Source: Lachnospiraceae bacterium (GTDB lineage Bacteria > Bacillota > Clostridia > Lachnospirales > Lachnospiraceae). Taken from it: a stretch of 64,000 nucleotides of DNA. The notes below the pieces were generated by a model, which had not been told where the DNA came from, ran no database searches, and saw nothing but the letters and a program-made list of their open reading frames with translations. This document shows, piece by piece, positions 9,573 to 17,083 of this stretch. The translations under genes and the position numbers were made by a program. Location of the stretch: the NCBI GenBank assembly GCA_016283775.1, contig JAEENL010000175.1, forward strand, positions 30,766 through 94,765. The letters are read 5' to 3'. Position 1 is the first letter of the stretch, and every line of letters starts with the position of its first letter.

Positions 9573-10711
9573 TCACTGACCTCCGTGTTGCGCTTGCTCT
9601 TTGCAAGCTTGATGGTGCGGATCCGCCCGGAATCCACAAGGAAATATCGGTTGTCTCCGCCGAAATATACCGTATCCAGCGTGCCGTCAAAGGTACCGCT
9701 GTATTTTAATGTCCCGTTTTTACGATAGATGTGTACTTTTCCCGGACTAATGAGCGCCGCTTCGCCGTTTGCGGCCTGCAGTACGTCATATTCCGGGACC
9801 TTTCTGATCGTGCCTTGTTTTTTGCCGTCTGTCCCGTAAAAAGTGAGGATGCGTTCGGAATCCTTTTCGGTAACGGTGCAGACACCCTCGTCAAACATCG
9901 AGAGGTCCACGATCGTGCCTTCGGGTTTTATGTCGCACAGGGCTTCGGGTATCTCTTCCATCCCGTAAAGGACAAAGCCGTCCTCGAGCGTGATCCCGAC
10001 TGTGTCGTTCCCAAGGAATTCCACGTCATAGACGAGTCTTCCCGTGTATTTTTTCTGTCCTACGATGTTGTCGATGAAATTCTTGCCGACACTCGCCATA
10101 TTGTAAAACGTGACCTTGCTCACGAGCTCGTCTTTGTCAAAGGAGATGCAGAGAGTCACAAGCTTTGTCCCGTCATCAGAAAGCGCGATGTCAACAGGAA
10201 AGCCGTCCTGCTTTGTGCTGGTCGCAAGCTCCACCCTGAGGCTGCCGCCTATGTCGTATACCTGGACAATGTCGGTATTTCCGCTGTCCATGAGCACGGC
10301 GGTCACACCCTGCTTTGCGACGGCGATGCGGCTGATGGGGTAGTTGGTGGTGTAACTTGTGTAGATGCCGCTCTCGGGGATCACATAAACGCTGGTGCCG
10401 TTTATATCGGCGATGGCGGAAACCTCGCCGCACGATACGACTTCAGGGTTGTCCAGGCTGAAGGCCGCTTCCCATATGAGGGAACCCGTTCCGTTTATGG
10501 CTCTGGCGCCGTTTATCGAACTCATCGCAAGGATGTTTGCGTCATTATGGCATTTCACGTCCGAGGAGAGCTTCATTTCACTGATGACCTCATAAGACGA
10601 ATAGGTGCCGTACAGCCTTTCTTTTATGTAGTGCCATGCGAAGGCGGCAAGCGTGCCTATGACCACGACCGCGATTATTATTTTTATAAGTGATCTGGTA
10701 CTTTCTTTCAT
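9569..10711 (-). CDS. Hypothetical membrane-anchored extracytoplasmic protein (beta-rich)
   Basis: ATG 10711 gives MKESTRSLIKIIIAVVVIGTLAAF (signal anchor). The rest is beta-strand-like with repeated G-T/S motifs. The family may be a DUF seen in Clostridia, but this is unverified. Its stop overlaps the start of the CvpA-like gene. Confidence 0.55.
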   Translation of the reverse strand: MKESTRSLIKIIIAVVVIGTLAAFAWHYIKERLYGTYSSYEVISEMKLSSDVKCHNDANILAMSSINGARAINGTGSLIWEAAFSLDNPEVVSCGEVSAIADINGTSVYVIPESGIYTSYTTNYPISRIAVAKQGVTAVLMDSGNTDIVQVYDIGGSLRVELATSTKQDGFPVDIALSDDGTKLVTLCISFDKDELVSKVTFYNMASVGKNFIDNIVGQKKYTGRLVYDVEFLGNDTVGITLEDGFVLYGMEEIPEALCDIKPEGTIVDLSMFDEGVCTVTEKDSERILTFYGTDGKKQGTIRKVPEYDVLQAANGEAALISPGKVHIYRKNGTLKYSGTFDGTLDTVYFGGDNRYFLVDSGRIRTIKLAKSKRNTEVSE

Positions 10712-10871
10712 ACGCCTGTTTTGTGTTAAGCCAATATTCCACATCATTTTAGCACTATGCGGCATCTTCGGCAAGATATTTTGGTTGCACTTGAGTTTTA
10801 AGGTGTTTTATGTTAAATTAATAGTTTGGACCATAAGGTCCTTGAGTTCAGTGATAAACAGGAAACATGTA

Positions 10872-12740
10872 ATGCCGAAGAGATTCGTGAAAACAGCATA
10901 TATTTGTCTTTTGGCTCTGTTTCTCACAGGCTGCAACGGAGAGGTTTTTTATGACGACCCCGTAAGACCTACCCCCGTAGCAACTTCCGGAATATCGGGA
11001 ACGGTGACCGGCAATCCCGGGAAAAAAGATCCGGACGCTACGAAAGCACCTGCGGTGACAACGCCCGATCCCGGAAAAAAGAGCGCACCTTACGGGATTC
11101 TTACAAGGATCACACATGAAGCGGGAACAAAGCTCACGCCCGAGGAGTTCATCTCAGGGTATGAGGGGACCGTCACGGTGCTCACCGCATTTTCGGAGGA
11201 AGATCTGCTGGCGGTGGGAGCGTCGTTTGCCGCGGCCATCGACTGTGACGGCAGAGAGGTCACGGTGATCGTTGACATTTCTGACAATGCCGCGCCTATT
11301 TTCAAGGGGATACAGGATATCGAGATAAACGAGGGCGACACGATAGCGTACAAAAAGGGCGTGTCAGCCTATGACAACGTTGACGGCGAAGTTTCGTTCT
11401 CTGTCGACAATTCCAATGTGGACACGGATAAAGCCGGGATATACACGGTCACATATTCTGCCACCGACAGAGCAGGAAACACGGCCGAAGTCACCGCAAA
11501 GGTGACCGTGAATGCCTTGCGTGACCAGCTCCAGATACTTATCGACGATAAGGCGGATGAGGTCATAAGGAGCGTTGTGACTGACAATATGACCAAACGC
11601 GAAAAGGCATATGCGGTCTTTGTATGGTGCCATACAAATCTCACTTATAAAGGTGAAGAACGGGACCTGACCTACGATGAAGCCGCCTACGCAGGGCTGT
11701 TTGACCATGCCGGCGACTGCTATGTTTCTTATGTGCTCCTCGATGTGCTCTACAGGAGAATGGGCTTTGAGACCATGATGGTAGAGCGTGTGGGGGGAAC
11801 GAGCGACCATTTCTGGAACTATGTAAACTACGGAGAGGGCTGGTATCACTGCGACTGCATAAAACGCCGCACCGGAAACAAGGCTTTTGACGACTACTGG
11901 TGCTTCATGCAGACAGACAGCCAGGTTGAAGGATACAACAAGCTCCGCGGCGATACGATGCCAAACTGCTACACCTATGACAAGTCAGCATTCCCGGAAT
12001 GTGACAAGTTTAAGATATATGACGGCAACACGCATGAGTTCATACTTGACAAGGAAGCACCCGTTATAAATGGTGCGATGGATCTTTTTATCGCGAGGGG
12101 AGAGACGGTCGCCTACAAGAAAAATATCAGGGTGACGGACAATTCCGGCGAGGATATCACGGTGCACGTTAAAAACAGCGGCGTGAACCTGAATGTGGTT
12201 GGCATATATCCTATCACCTATTACGCAGAGGACTCTTCCGGAAACAGATCGGAGGTATCGGTCAATCTGCATGTCTGTGAGCCATCGGCTGAGCTCGCTT
12301 ATGACATTGCCGATACGCTTCTCGCAAATATCACAAATGACAAAATGTCCCAGTATGACAAGGCAAAGGCGATCTATTTCTGGATCGCGTACCACATTGC
12401 CTACGTGGATGCGCCCACAGGTACGGATCCGCTTCTTGCGGCTTACGACGGACTCACAAAATACAAGGGTGACTGCTATGTTTACGCAAATGTGGCACAG
12501 CTCCTTCTCACACGGGCGGGTATCGAAAACATCATGATCGTGAAATACCCGGTCTATGATGAGGAGCATTTCTGGAGCATCGTAAACGTGGGAGACGGCT
12601 GGTATCATTTTGACAGCACGCCCTGGTGGGACGGAACGCAGATATTTATGTGGACCGAATCCCAGCTTGAGAAGTTTTCAAAGAGAAACGATATGTCTCA
12701 CGCATACGACAAGAGCCTGTATCCTGAAGTGGTGCAATAG
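10872..12740 (+). CDS. Lipoprotein with two tandem [Ig-like + transglutaminase-like cysteine peptidase] modules
   Basis: ATG 10872 gives a lipobox (LALFLTGCNG). Two Ig-like segments are present (NAAPIFKG...GIYTVTYSATDRAGN and KEAPVING...GIYPITYYAEDSSGN). Each is followed by a Cys-His-Asp core (GDCYVSY...DHFWNYV...WYHCD and GDCYVYA...EHFWSIV...WYHFD). Confidence 0.75.
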   Translation: MPKRFVKTAYICLLALFLTGCNGEVFYDDPVRPTPVATSGISGTVTGNPGKKDPDATKAPAVTTPDPGKKSAPYGILTRITHEAGTKLTPEEFISGYEGTVTVLTAFSEEDLLAVGASFAAAIDCDGREVTVIVDISDNAAPIFKGIQDIEINEGDTIAYKKGVSAYDNVDGEVSFSVDNSNVDTDKAGIYTVTYSATDRAGNTAEVTAKVTVNALRDQLQILIDDKADEVIRSVVTDNMTKREKAYAVFVWCHTNLTYKGEERDLTYDEAAYAGLFDHAGDCYVSYVLLDVLYRRMGFETMMVERVGGTSDHFWNYVNYGEGWYHCDCIKRRTGNKAFDDYWCFMQTDSQVEGYNKLRGDTMPNCYTYDKSAFPECDKFKIYDGNTHEFILDKEAPVINGAMDLFIARGETVAYKKNIRVTDNSGEDITVHVKNSGVNLNVVGIYPITYYAEDSSGNRSEVSVNLHVCEPSAELAYDIADTLLANITNDKMSQYDKAKAIYFWIAYHIAYVDAPTGTDPLLAAYDGLTKYKGDCYVYANVAQLLLTRAGIENIMIVKYPVYDEEHFWSIVNVGDGWYHFDSTPWWDGTQIFMWTESQLEKFSKRNDMSHAYDKSLYPEVVQ

Positions 12741-12762
12741 AGGATACGGCGGAGGCTTTATT

Positions 12763-13515
12763 TTGGAAATTCATTCGGAAAACAGAAAAATACTCGGCGT
12801 GATCGGAGGCCTCGGCCCCATGGCTTCGGCTTATTTCATGAGGCTTGTGACGGAAATGACCGATGCGAAGACCGACCAGGAACATATTGAGATATTGCTG
12901 CACAGCAAGCCGCAGCTGCCTGACCGCACAGGTTTTATCATCGGAGAGAGCAAGGAATCGCCACTGCCCGGCATGCTCGAGGCAGGACAGGGATTGAGGC
13001 GCTCAGGCGCGGACATCATCGCGATCCCGTGCGTTACAGCGCATTTCTTCCAAAAGACGCTTGAGGAAGAAATAGGGATTCCTGTGCTGAATGCGATAGA
13101 AGATGCCGCAGAAGTCCTAAAACAGGCGGGTGTGAAAACAGCAGGCATCATGGCGACCGACGGCACTGTAAAAAGCGAACTGTTCCCGAAGGTGTTTAAG
13201 TCTCACGGGCTGGAATGTGTGATCCCGAGTGCCGAAAGGCAGCGTGACGTGATGCATGTCATCTATCACAACGTCAAAGCCGGGATACCGATAGAAAAAG
13301 ACAGGTTCATGGGCATCACCCGCGAACTCTTTGACAAAGGCGCAGAGGCTGTGATACTGGGCTGCACGGAGCTTTCGATCATGAAGCGTGACAACCCGGA
13401 TATTTTGCAGTGGGGCGGCGCGCGGCACGGGTTTCTCGATATCCTTGAAGTGCTCGCGCAGAGCAGCGTGAGGAAATGCGGGAAGCTGAAAGCTGAGTAT
13501 GAAAAATTGATATAA
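12763..13515 (+). CDS. Aspartate racemase-type Asp/Glu racemase superfamily protein
   Basis: ILGVIGGLGPMAS, DQEHIEILLHS..LPDRT, and the two catalytic Cys contexts IPCVTAHFF and LGCTELS. The TTG start at 12763 lies 7 nt after GGAGG (12751-12755). The ATG at 12610 in the track would overlap the upstream gene. Confidence 0.8.
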   Translation: MEIHSENRKILGVIGGLGPMASAYFMRLVTEMTDAKTDQEHIEILLHSKPQLPDRTGFIIGESKESPLPGMLEAGQGLRRSGADIIAIPCVTAHFFQKTLEEEIGIPVLNAIEDAAEVLKQAGVKTAGIMATDGTVKSELFPKVFKSHGLECVIPSAERQRDVMHVIYHNVKAGIPIEKDRFMGITRELFDKGAEAVILGCTELSIMKRDNPDILQWGGARHGFLDILEVLAQSSVRKCGKLKAEYEKLI

Positions 13516-13532
13516 GCGCCACGGAGGCAATT

Positions 13533-15053
13533 ATGCAAAACAATCTTTTGGATTATCTTTACGATATAGTGGACAGGGTACCGGACAAGACGGCGTTTTC
13601 AAACGGAACGGACAAGCTTTCGTTTAAGGAACTATACGAAGAGTGCGGCGCGGTCGCATCGGCTGTGGCTGAGCGCGGGATCTACAAGAAGCCTGTCGTG
13701 GTCTTTATGAAAAAAAGCCCCGCTGAGATCTCCGCATTTTTCGGAGTGATAAGAAGCGGTAACTATTATGTTCCGATAGACGAGGAAATGCCAAAGATCA
13801 GGGTCGACCTGATACTTGACAATGTGCAGACGGATCTTATCATCTGCGACGAGTCTACCATCGAGATCGCAAAGGGTTTTAAGTACAAATGCGAGCTTGC
13901 GCTCTATTCGGATCTCATAAAACACGAGACCGACAGCGAAAAGCTTAAGTTTATCTATGACCACCAGATAGACACGGATCCCATCTATATCGTGTTCACA
14001 TCAGGTTCCACAGGCATTCCCAAAGGCGTTGTGGCATGCCACAGGTCGGTCATCGACTATATCGAACAGCTTTCGGAAACTCTCGGGTTCAATGAGAACA
14101 CTGTTTTCGGAAACCAGTCGCCGCTTTACTTTGACGCATGCCTGAAAGAGGTATATCCGACACTTAAGTTCGGCGCGACCACATATCTCATCCCGCGCGA
14201 GCTTTTTATGATACCTGTGAAGCTTGTGGAATTTATCAATGAACATGAGATAAATACCATCTGCTGGGTCGTTTCCGCGCTCACCATGATCTCGGCGTTC
14301 GGCACTTTCAAAACGGTCGTGCCGCACACGCTCCGCACCATAGCGTTCGGAAGCGAGGTGTTCCCGATAAAGCAGTACAAGCTGTGGAAAGAAGCGCTTC
14401 CTGAAGTAAAGATGACAAATCTTTACGGACCCACGGAATGCACCGGCATGAGCTGCTTTTTCCATGTGCCCGAAAACTACGATCCGGAGGGACCCATCCC
14501 CATCGGAAGGCCCTTCAAAAACACAGAGATACTGCTCCTTGACGACAATGGCAGACTTGTGCCCGACGGGGAACAGGGAGAGATCTGCATAAGAGGTACC
14601 GCGCTCACTCTGGGCTATTACAACAATCCCGAGAAGACCGCCGAGTGCTTTGTACAAAATCCGCTAAACCACGTATATTCGGAGCTTATCTATAAGACCG
14701 GAGACATCGCAAAGCGCGACAAGGACGGAAATCTCATCTTTGTGTCCCGGAAAGACTATCAGATAAAGCACATGGGACACCGTATCGAACTCGGAGAGAT
14801 CGAGGCAAACGTTTCATCGATGGCCGGTATCCGCATGAATGCCTGCATCTATGACGAAGAAAAAGGAAAGATCGTGCTCTTTTACGTAGGAGACATGGAG
14901 AGCGCCGAATTAACTTCGGAACTAAAGGGGAGCCTTCCCAGATATATGCTCCCGAACCGTGTGATAAAGGTGGATTCACTGCCCCTCACACCCAACGGTA
15001 AACTTGACAGAAAGACACTGAAAGCCGACTACAAGAGTGGCGCGAGAGCCTGA
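13533..15053 (+). CDS. Stand-alone amino-acid adenylation enzyme, DltA-like carrier-protein ligase
   Basis: 506 aa with ANL core motifs IVFTSGSTGIPKG, YFDAC, NLYGPTECT, YKTGD, GRKDYQIKHMGHRIELGEIE and PNGKLDRK. The size and FDxx..xxYP context resemble DltA. Confidence 0.8.
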   Translation: MQNNLLDYLYDIVDRVPDKTAFSNGTDKLSFKELYEECGAVASAVAERGIYKKPVVVFMKKSPAEISAFFGVIRSGNYYVPIDEEMPKIRVDLILDNVQTDLIICDESTIEIAKGFKYKCELALYSDLIKHETDSEKLKFIYDHQIDTDPIYIVFTSGSTGIPKGVVACHRSVIDYIEQLSETLGFNENTVFGNQSPLYFDACLKEVYPTLKFGATTYLIPRELFMIPVKLVEFINEHEINTICWVVSALTMISAFGTFKTVVPHTLRTIAFGSEVFPIKQYKLWKEALPEVKMTNLYGPTECTGMSCFFHVPENYDPEGPIPIGRPFKNTEILLLDDNGRLVPDGEQGEICIRGTALTLGYYNNPEKTAECFVQNPLNHVYSELIYKTGDIAKRDKDGNLIFVSRKDYQIKHMGHRIELGEIEANVSSMAGIRMNACIYDEEKGKIVLFYVGDMESAELTSELKGSLPRYMLPNRVIKVDSLPLTPNGKLDRKTLKADYKSGARA

Positions 15054-15077
15054 TCGGGAGCAGAAAAGCAAGGATTT

Positions 15078-16163
15078 ATGAAAAGTTGGATAAAGTGGAT
15101 CGTGACCGCAGCGGTGGTCATTCTGGTCCTTTGGTGCCTGCAGCGGCTTGTTATGCCCAAATATGCAAAGGGTATCGTTGAGGGCGCCTTCATAGCAGAA
15201 TATTACAAAGACAGACCCGACCATGATGTGATATTTGTGGGGGACTGCGAAGTGTATGAAAACTTCACTCCTGTGCTCCTGTGGCAGGAATACGGGATAA
15301 ACAGCTATATCCGCGGAAGCTCACAGCAGACGGTATGGCAGTCGTATTACCTTGTCGAGGACACCTTCAGGTATGAAAAGCCGGATGTCGTGATCTTTAA
15401 TGTCCTTTCGATGGAGTTTGACAAGCCCGAGGACGGCGGGAGCAACATGGAAGCATACAACCGCATGACCCTTGAGGGAATGAGATGGAGCATGTCAAAG
15501 GTAAAAGACATACAGGCTTCCATGGTAAAGGGCGAGAAGTTTTTGGATTATGTTTTTCCTATCCTCCGGTATCATTCGAGGATCACGGAGCTTACGGCAG
15601 ACGATCTTAAATACTGCTTTAAGACCGAGAAGGTCTCGCATAACGGCTATTATCTGAGAGTTGACGTGAAGCCCGCGGCAAACGTCCCGGGTGGGCGTAT
15701 CCTGTCCGATTACAGCTTCGGAGAGAATGCATATTCCTATCTCGACAAGATGACAAAGCTTTGCAAGGAAAACGATGTGGAGCTGATCCTCATAAAGGCG
15801 CCGAGCCTTTACCCTTACTGGTATCCCGAATGGGACGCTCAGATGGAGGAATACGCAGAAAAGCATGGCCTTGAATATATCAATTTTCTCGATCTTAAGG
15901 AAGAATGCGGCCTTGACTATACCACAGACACATATGACGCAGGTCTTCATCTGAACCTGAGCGGCGCGGAAAAGACAACACGCTGGCTGGGGGAATTTCT
16001 CAGCACCCAAAAAGGTCTCAAGGACCGCAGAGATGACGAAAAACTCTCTGCCGAGTGGAAACAAAAGATCGAATTTTACGAGAATGCTATAGAGGAACAA
16101 AAAAAGAAATACGGTATCACCGATTTTACAGGAGAGTACAGAAAAGATGAAGAAAACAGTTAA
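15078..16163 (+). CDS. Membrane-anchored SGNH/DltD-like protein (putative MBOAT partner)
   Basis: N-terminal TM (WIVTAAVVILVLWCL), a block-I-like VIFVGDCEVYENF and a C-terminal block-V-like YDAGLHLN. The call rests on its position in a Dlt-like cluster. Confidence 0.55.
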   Translation: MKSWIKWIVTAAVVILVLWCLQRLVMPKYAKGIVEGAFIAEYYKDRPDHDVIFVGDCEVYENFTPVLLWQEYGINSYIRGSSQQTVWQSYYLVEDTFRYEKPDVVIFNVLSMEFDKPEDGGSNMEAYNRMTLEGMRWSMSKVKDIQASMVKGEKFLDYVFPILRYHSRITELTADDLKYCFKTEKVSHNGYYLRVDVKPAANVPGGRILSDYSFGENAYSYLDKMTKLCKENDVELILIKAPSLYPYWYPEWDAQMEEYAEKHGLEYINFLDLKEECGLDYTTDTYDAGLHLNLSGAEKTTRWLGEFLSTQKGLKDRRDDEKLSAEWKQKIEFYENAIEEQKKKYGITDFTGEYRKDEENS

Positions 16164-16740
16164 GATCATGTGCATGGTGCTCGGAACGGTACTTTTTATG
16201 AGTTTTGCCGCATGCGGAAAAGAGCAGGAGAAAGAACCTGAAGATGTGAGCGTGATATGTCCCACTGCGGATCCCGCGGATCCTTCAGGCGTTACGGACG
16301 TGACCTGCGACCCCGTGACCATTGACACACCCCCGACAGCTGCGGGTTTTGTTTTTACCTATAACGGGGTTGATGTGCGTGTGGACGCGGCTGCTGCGGA
16401 CATCGTGGACAAGCTTGGCACTTATTCGTATTTTGAAGCACCGAGCTGCGCGTTCAACGGACTTGACAAGATCTATACATACACGAGTTTTGAGATAGAC
16501 ACATATCCCGTCGGCGATGCGGACTACATTTCCGCCATCGTTTTCAAGGATGATACCGTGGAGACCGCGGAAGGCGCCTGCATAGGAATGAAAAAGGAAA
16601 AGGTGGTCGAAAAGTACGGCACTCCCTCAGAAGAATCCGGAACGCTCTCGATCTACGAGAAGGATTGCATGCAGCTTCGCTTTATCTTTGATGAAGAGGG
16701 TTATGTGATATCGATCCAGTATCTCAGCAGCGTGGTGTGA
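16147..16740 (+). CDS. Hypothetical lipoprotein
   Basis: Lipobox MSFAACG followed by an acidic/Pro-rich linker and a ~130-aa globular domain. Overlaps the upstream gene by 17 nt. Confidence 0.6.
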   Translation: MKKTVKIMCMVLGTVLFMSFAACGKEQEKEPEDVSVICPTADPADPSGVTDVTCDPVTIDTPPTAAGFVFTYNGVDVRVDAAAADIVDKLGTYSYFEAPSCAFNGLDKIYTYTSFEIDTYPVGDADYISAIVFKDDTVETAEGACIGMKKEKVVEKYGTPSEESGTLSIYEKDCMQLRFIFDEEGYVISIQYLSSVV

Positions 16741-16798
16741 ACTACCAATGAACTGTTTATTAAGATTTTTAATAATGGTGGAAAGTTTTTTTGTTCAG

Positions 16799-16807
16799 TG
16801 ATATAAT
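16799..16807 (+). promoter_or_regulatory. Candidate extended -10 promoter (TGaTATAAT)
   Basis: TG at 16799-16800 and TATAAT at 16802-16807. There is only a weak -35 (TGGAAA, 16779-16784). Lies in a 343-nt non-coding gap. Confidence 0.4.
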
Positions 16808-16814
16808 ACAGACA

Positions 16815-17083
16815 ATCCTAGAGTGTTCGACACTCCTTGCAATTTTGAACCTACAAAACTTTAAACGGGATTCCTATATTGCGTGACGGATGTCAGGCCG
16901 CAACCTCATCGCCCGGATCATATCCGGCCGCAGCGGAAGGCAGCAAGTCAGGCTGCGGTCACCCACCTGGCTGATAGCTAGGAGTCAAAATGCGGGAAAC
17001 GGCATATCCGGGATTATTTTTGTACCCGAAATGGGATTCGGGCGGGTTGTGAAGGATTTGACTCAAGAAATAACAGGTTATCG
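16815..17083 (+). promoter_or_regulatory. Long structured 5' leader or unclassified cis-regulatory RNA candidate
   Basis: About 270 nt of GC-rich non-coding sequence between the candidate promoter and ATG 17084. Hairpins: 16821-26/16830-35, 16913-18/16922-27, 16928-34/16952-58 and 17025-30/17037-42. Duplicated GUCAGGC and GGCCGCA segments allow alternative pairing. Confidence 0.35.

Noticed and set aside
9731-10693. 320-aa plus-strand ORF antisense to the 9569-10711 gene
   Set aside because: Its composition is low-complexity (D/G/V/R-rich) and it has no start context. The minus-strand product has a clean signal anchor and operon coupling to the CvpA-like gene.
10653-10871. N-terminal extension of the 695-aa ORF (and similar extensions at 12610, 53992, 54968, 34847-35002 and 60663-60713)
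   Set aside because: The extensions overlap neighbouring genes or intergenic promoters and lack an SD. Internal starts give proper signal peptides or lipoboxes preceded by GGAGG-like sites.
16945-16975. T-box-like sequence on the minus strand (GGUGGGUGACCGCAG versus the T-box GGGUGGUACCGCG)
   Set aside because: There is no downstream minus-strand gene to regulate, no specifier or terminator architecture, and only partial identity.
16883-16980. Possible SRP (4.5S/scRNA) gene, because of AUGUCAGGCCG, GGAAGGCAGCAAG and CCUGGCUGAUAGCUA, which resemble pieces of Bacillus-type SRP RNA
   Set aside because: The GGAA cannot be closed into the universally conserved helix-8 tetraloop and symmetric loop. 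The flanking bases (CCGCAGC / GGCAGC) do not pair, and a 28-nt insertion interrupts the motif. I treated it as an unclassified leader instead. An Rfam scan should still be run.
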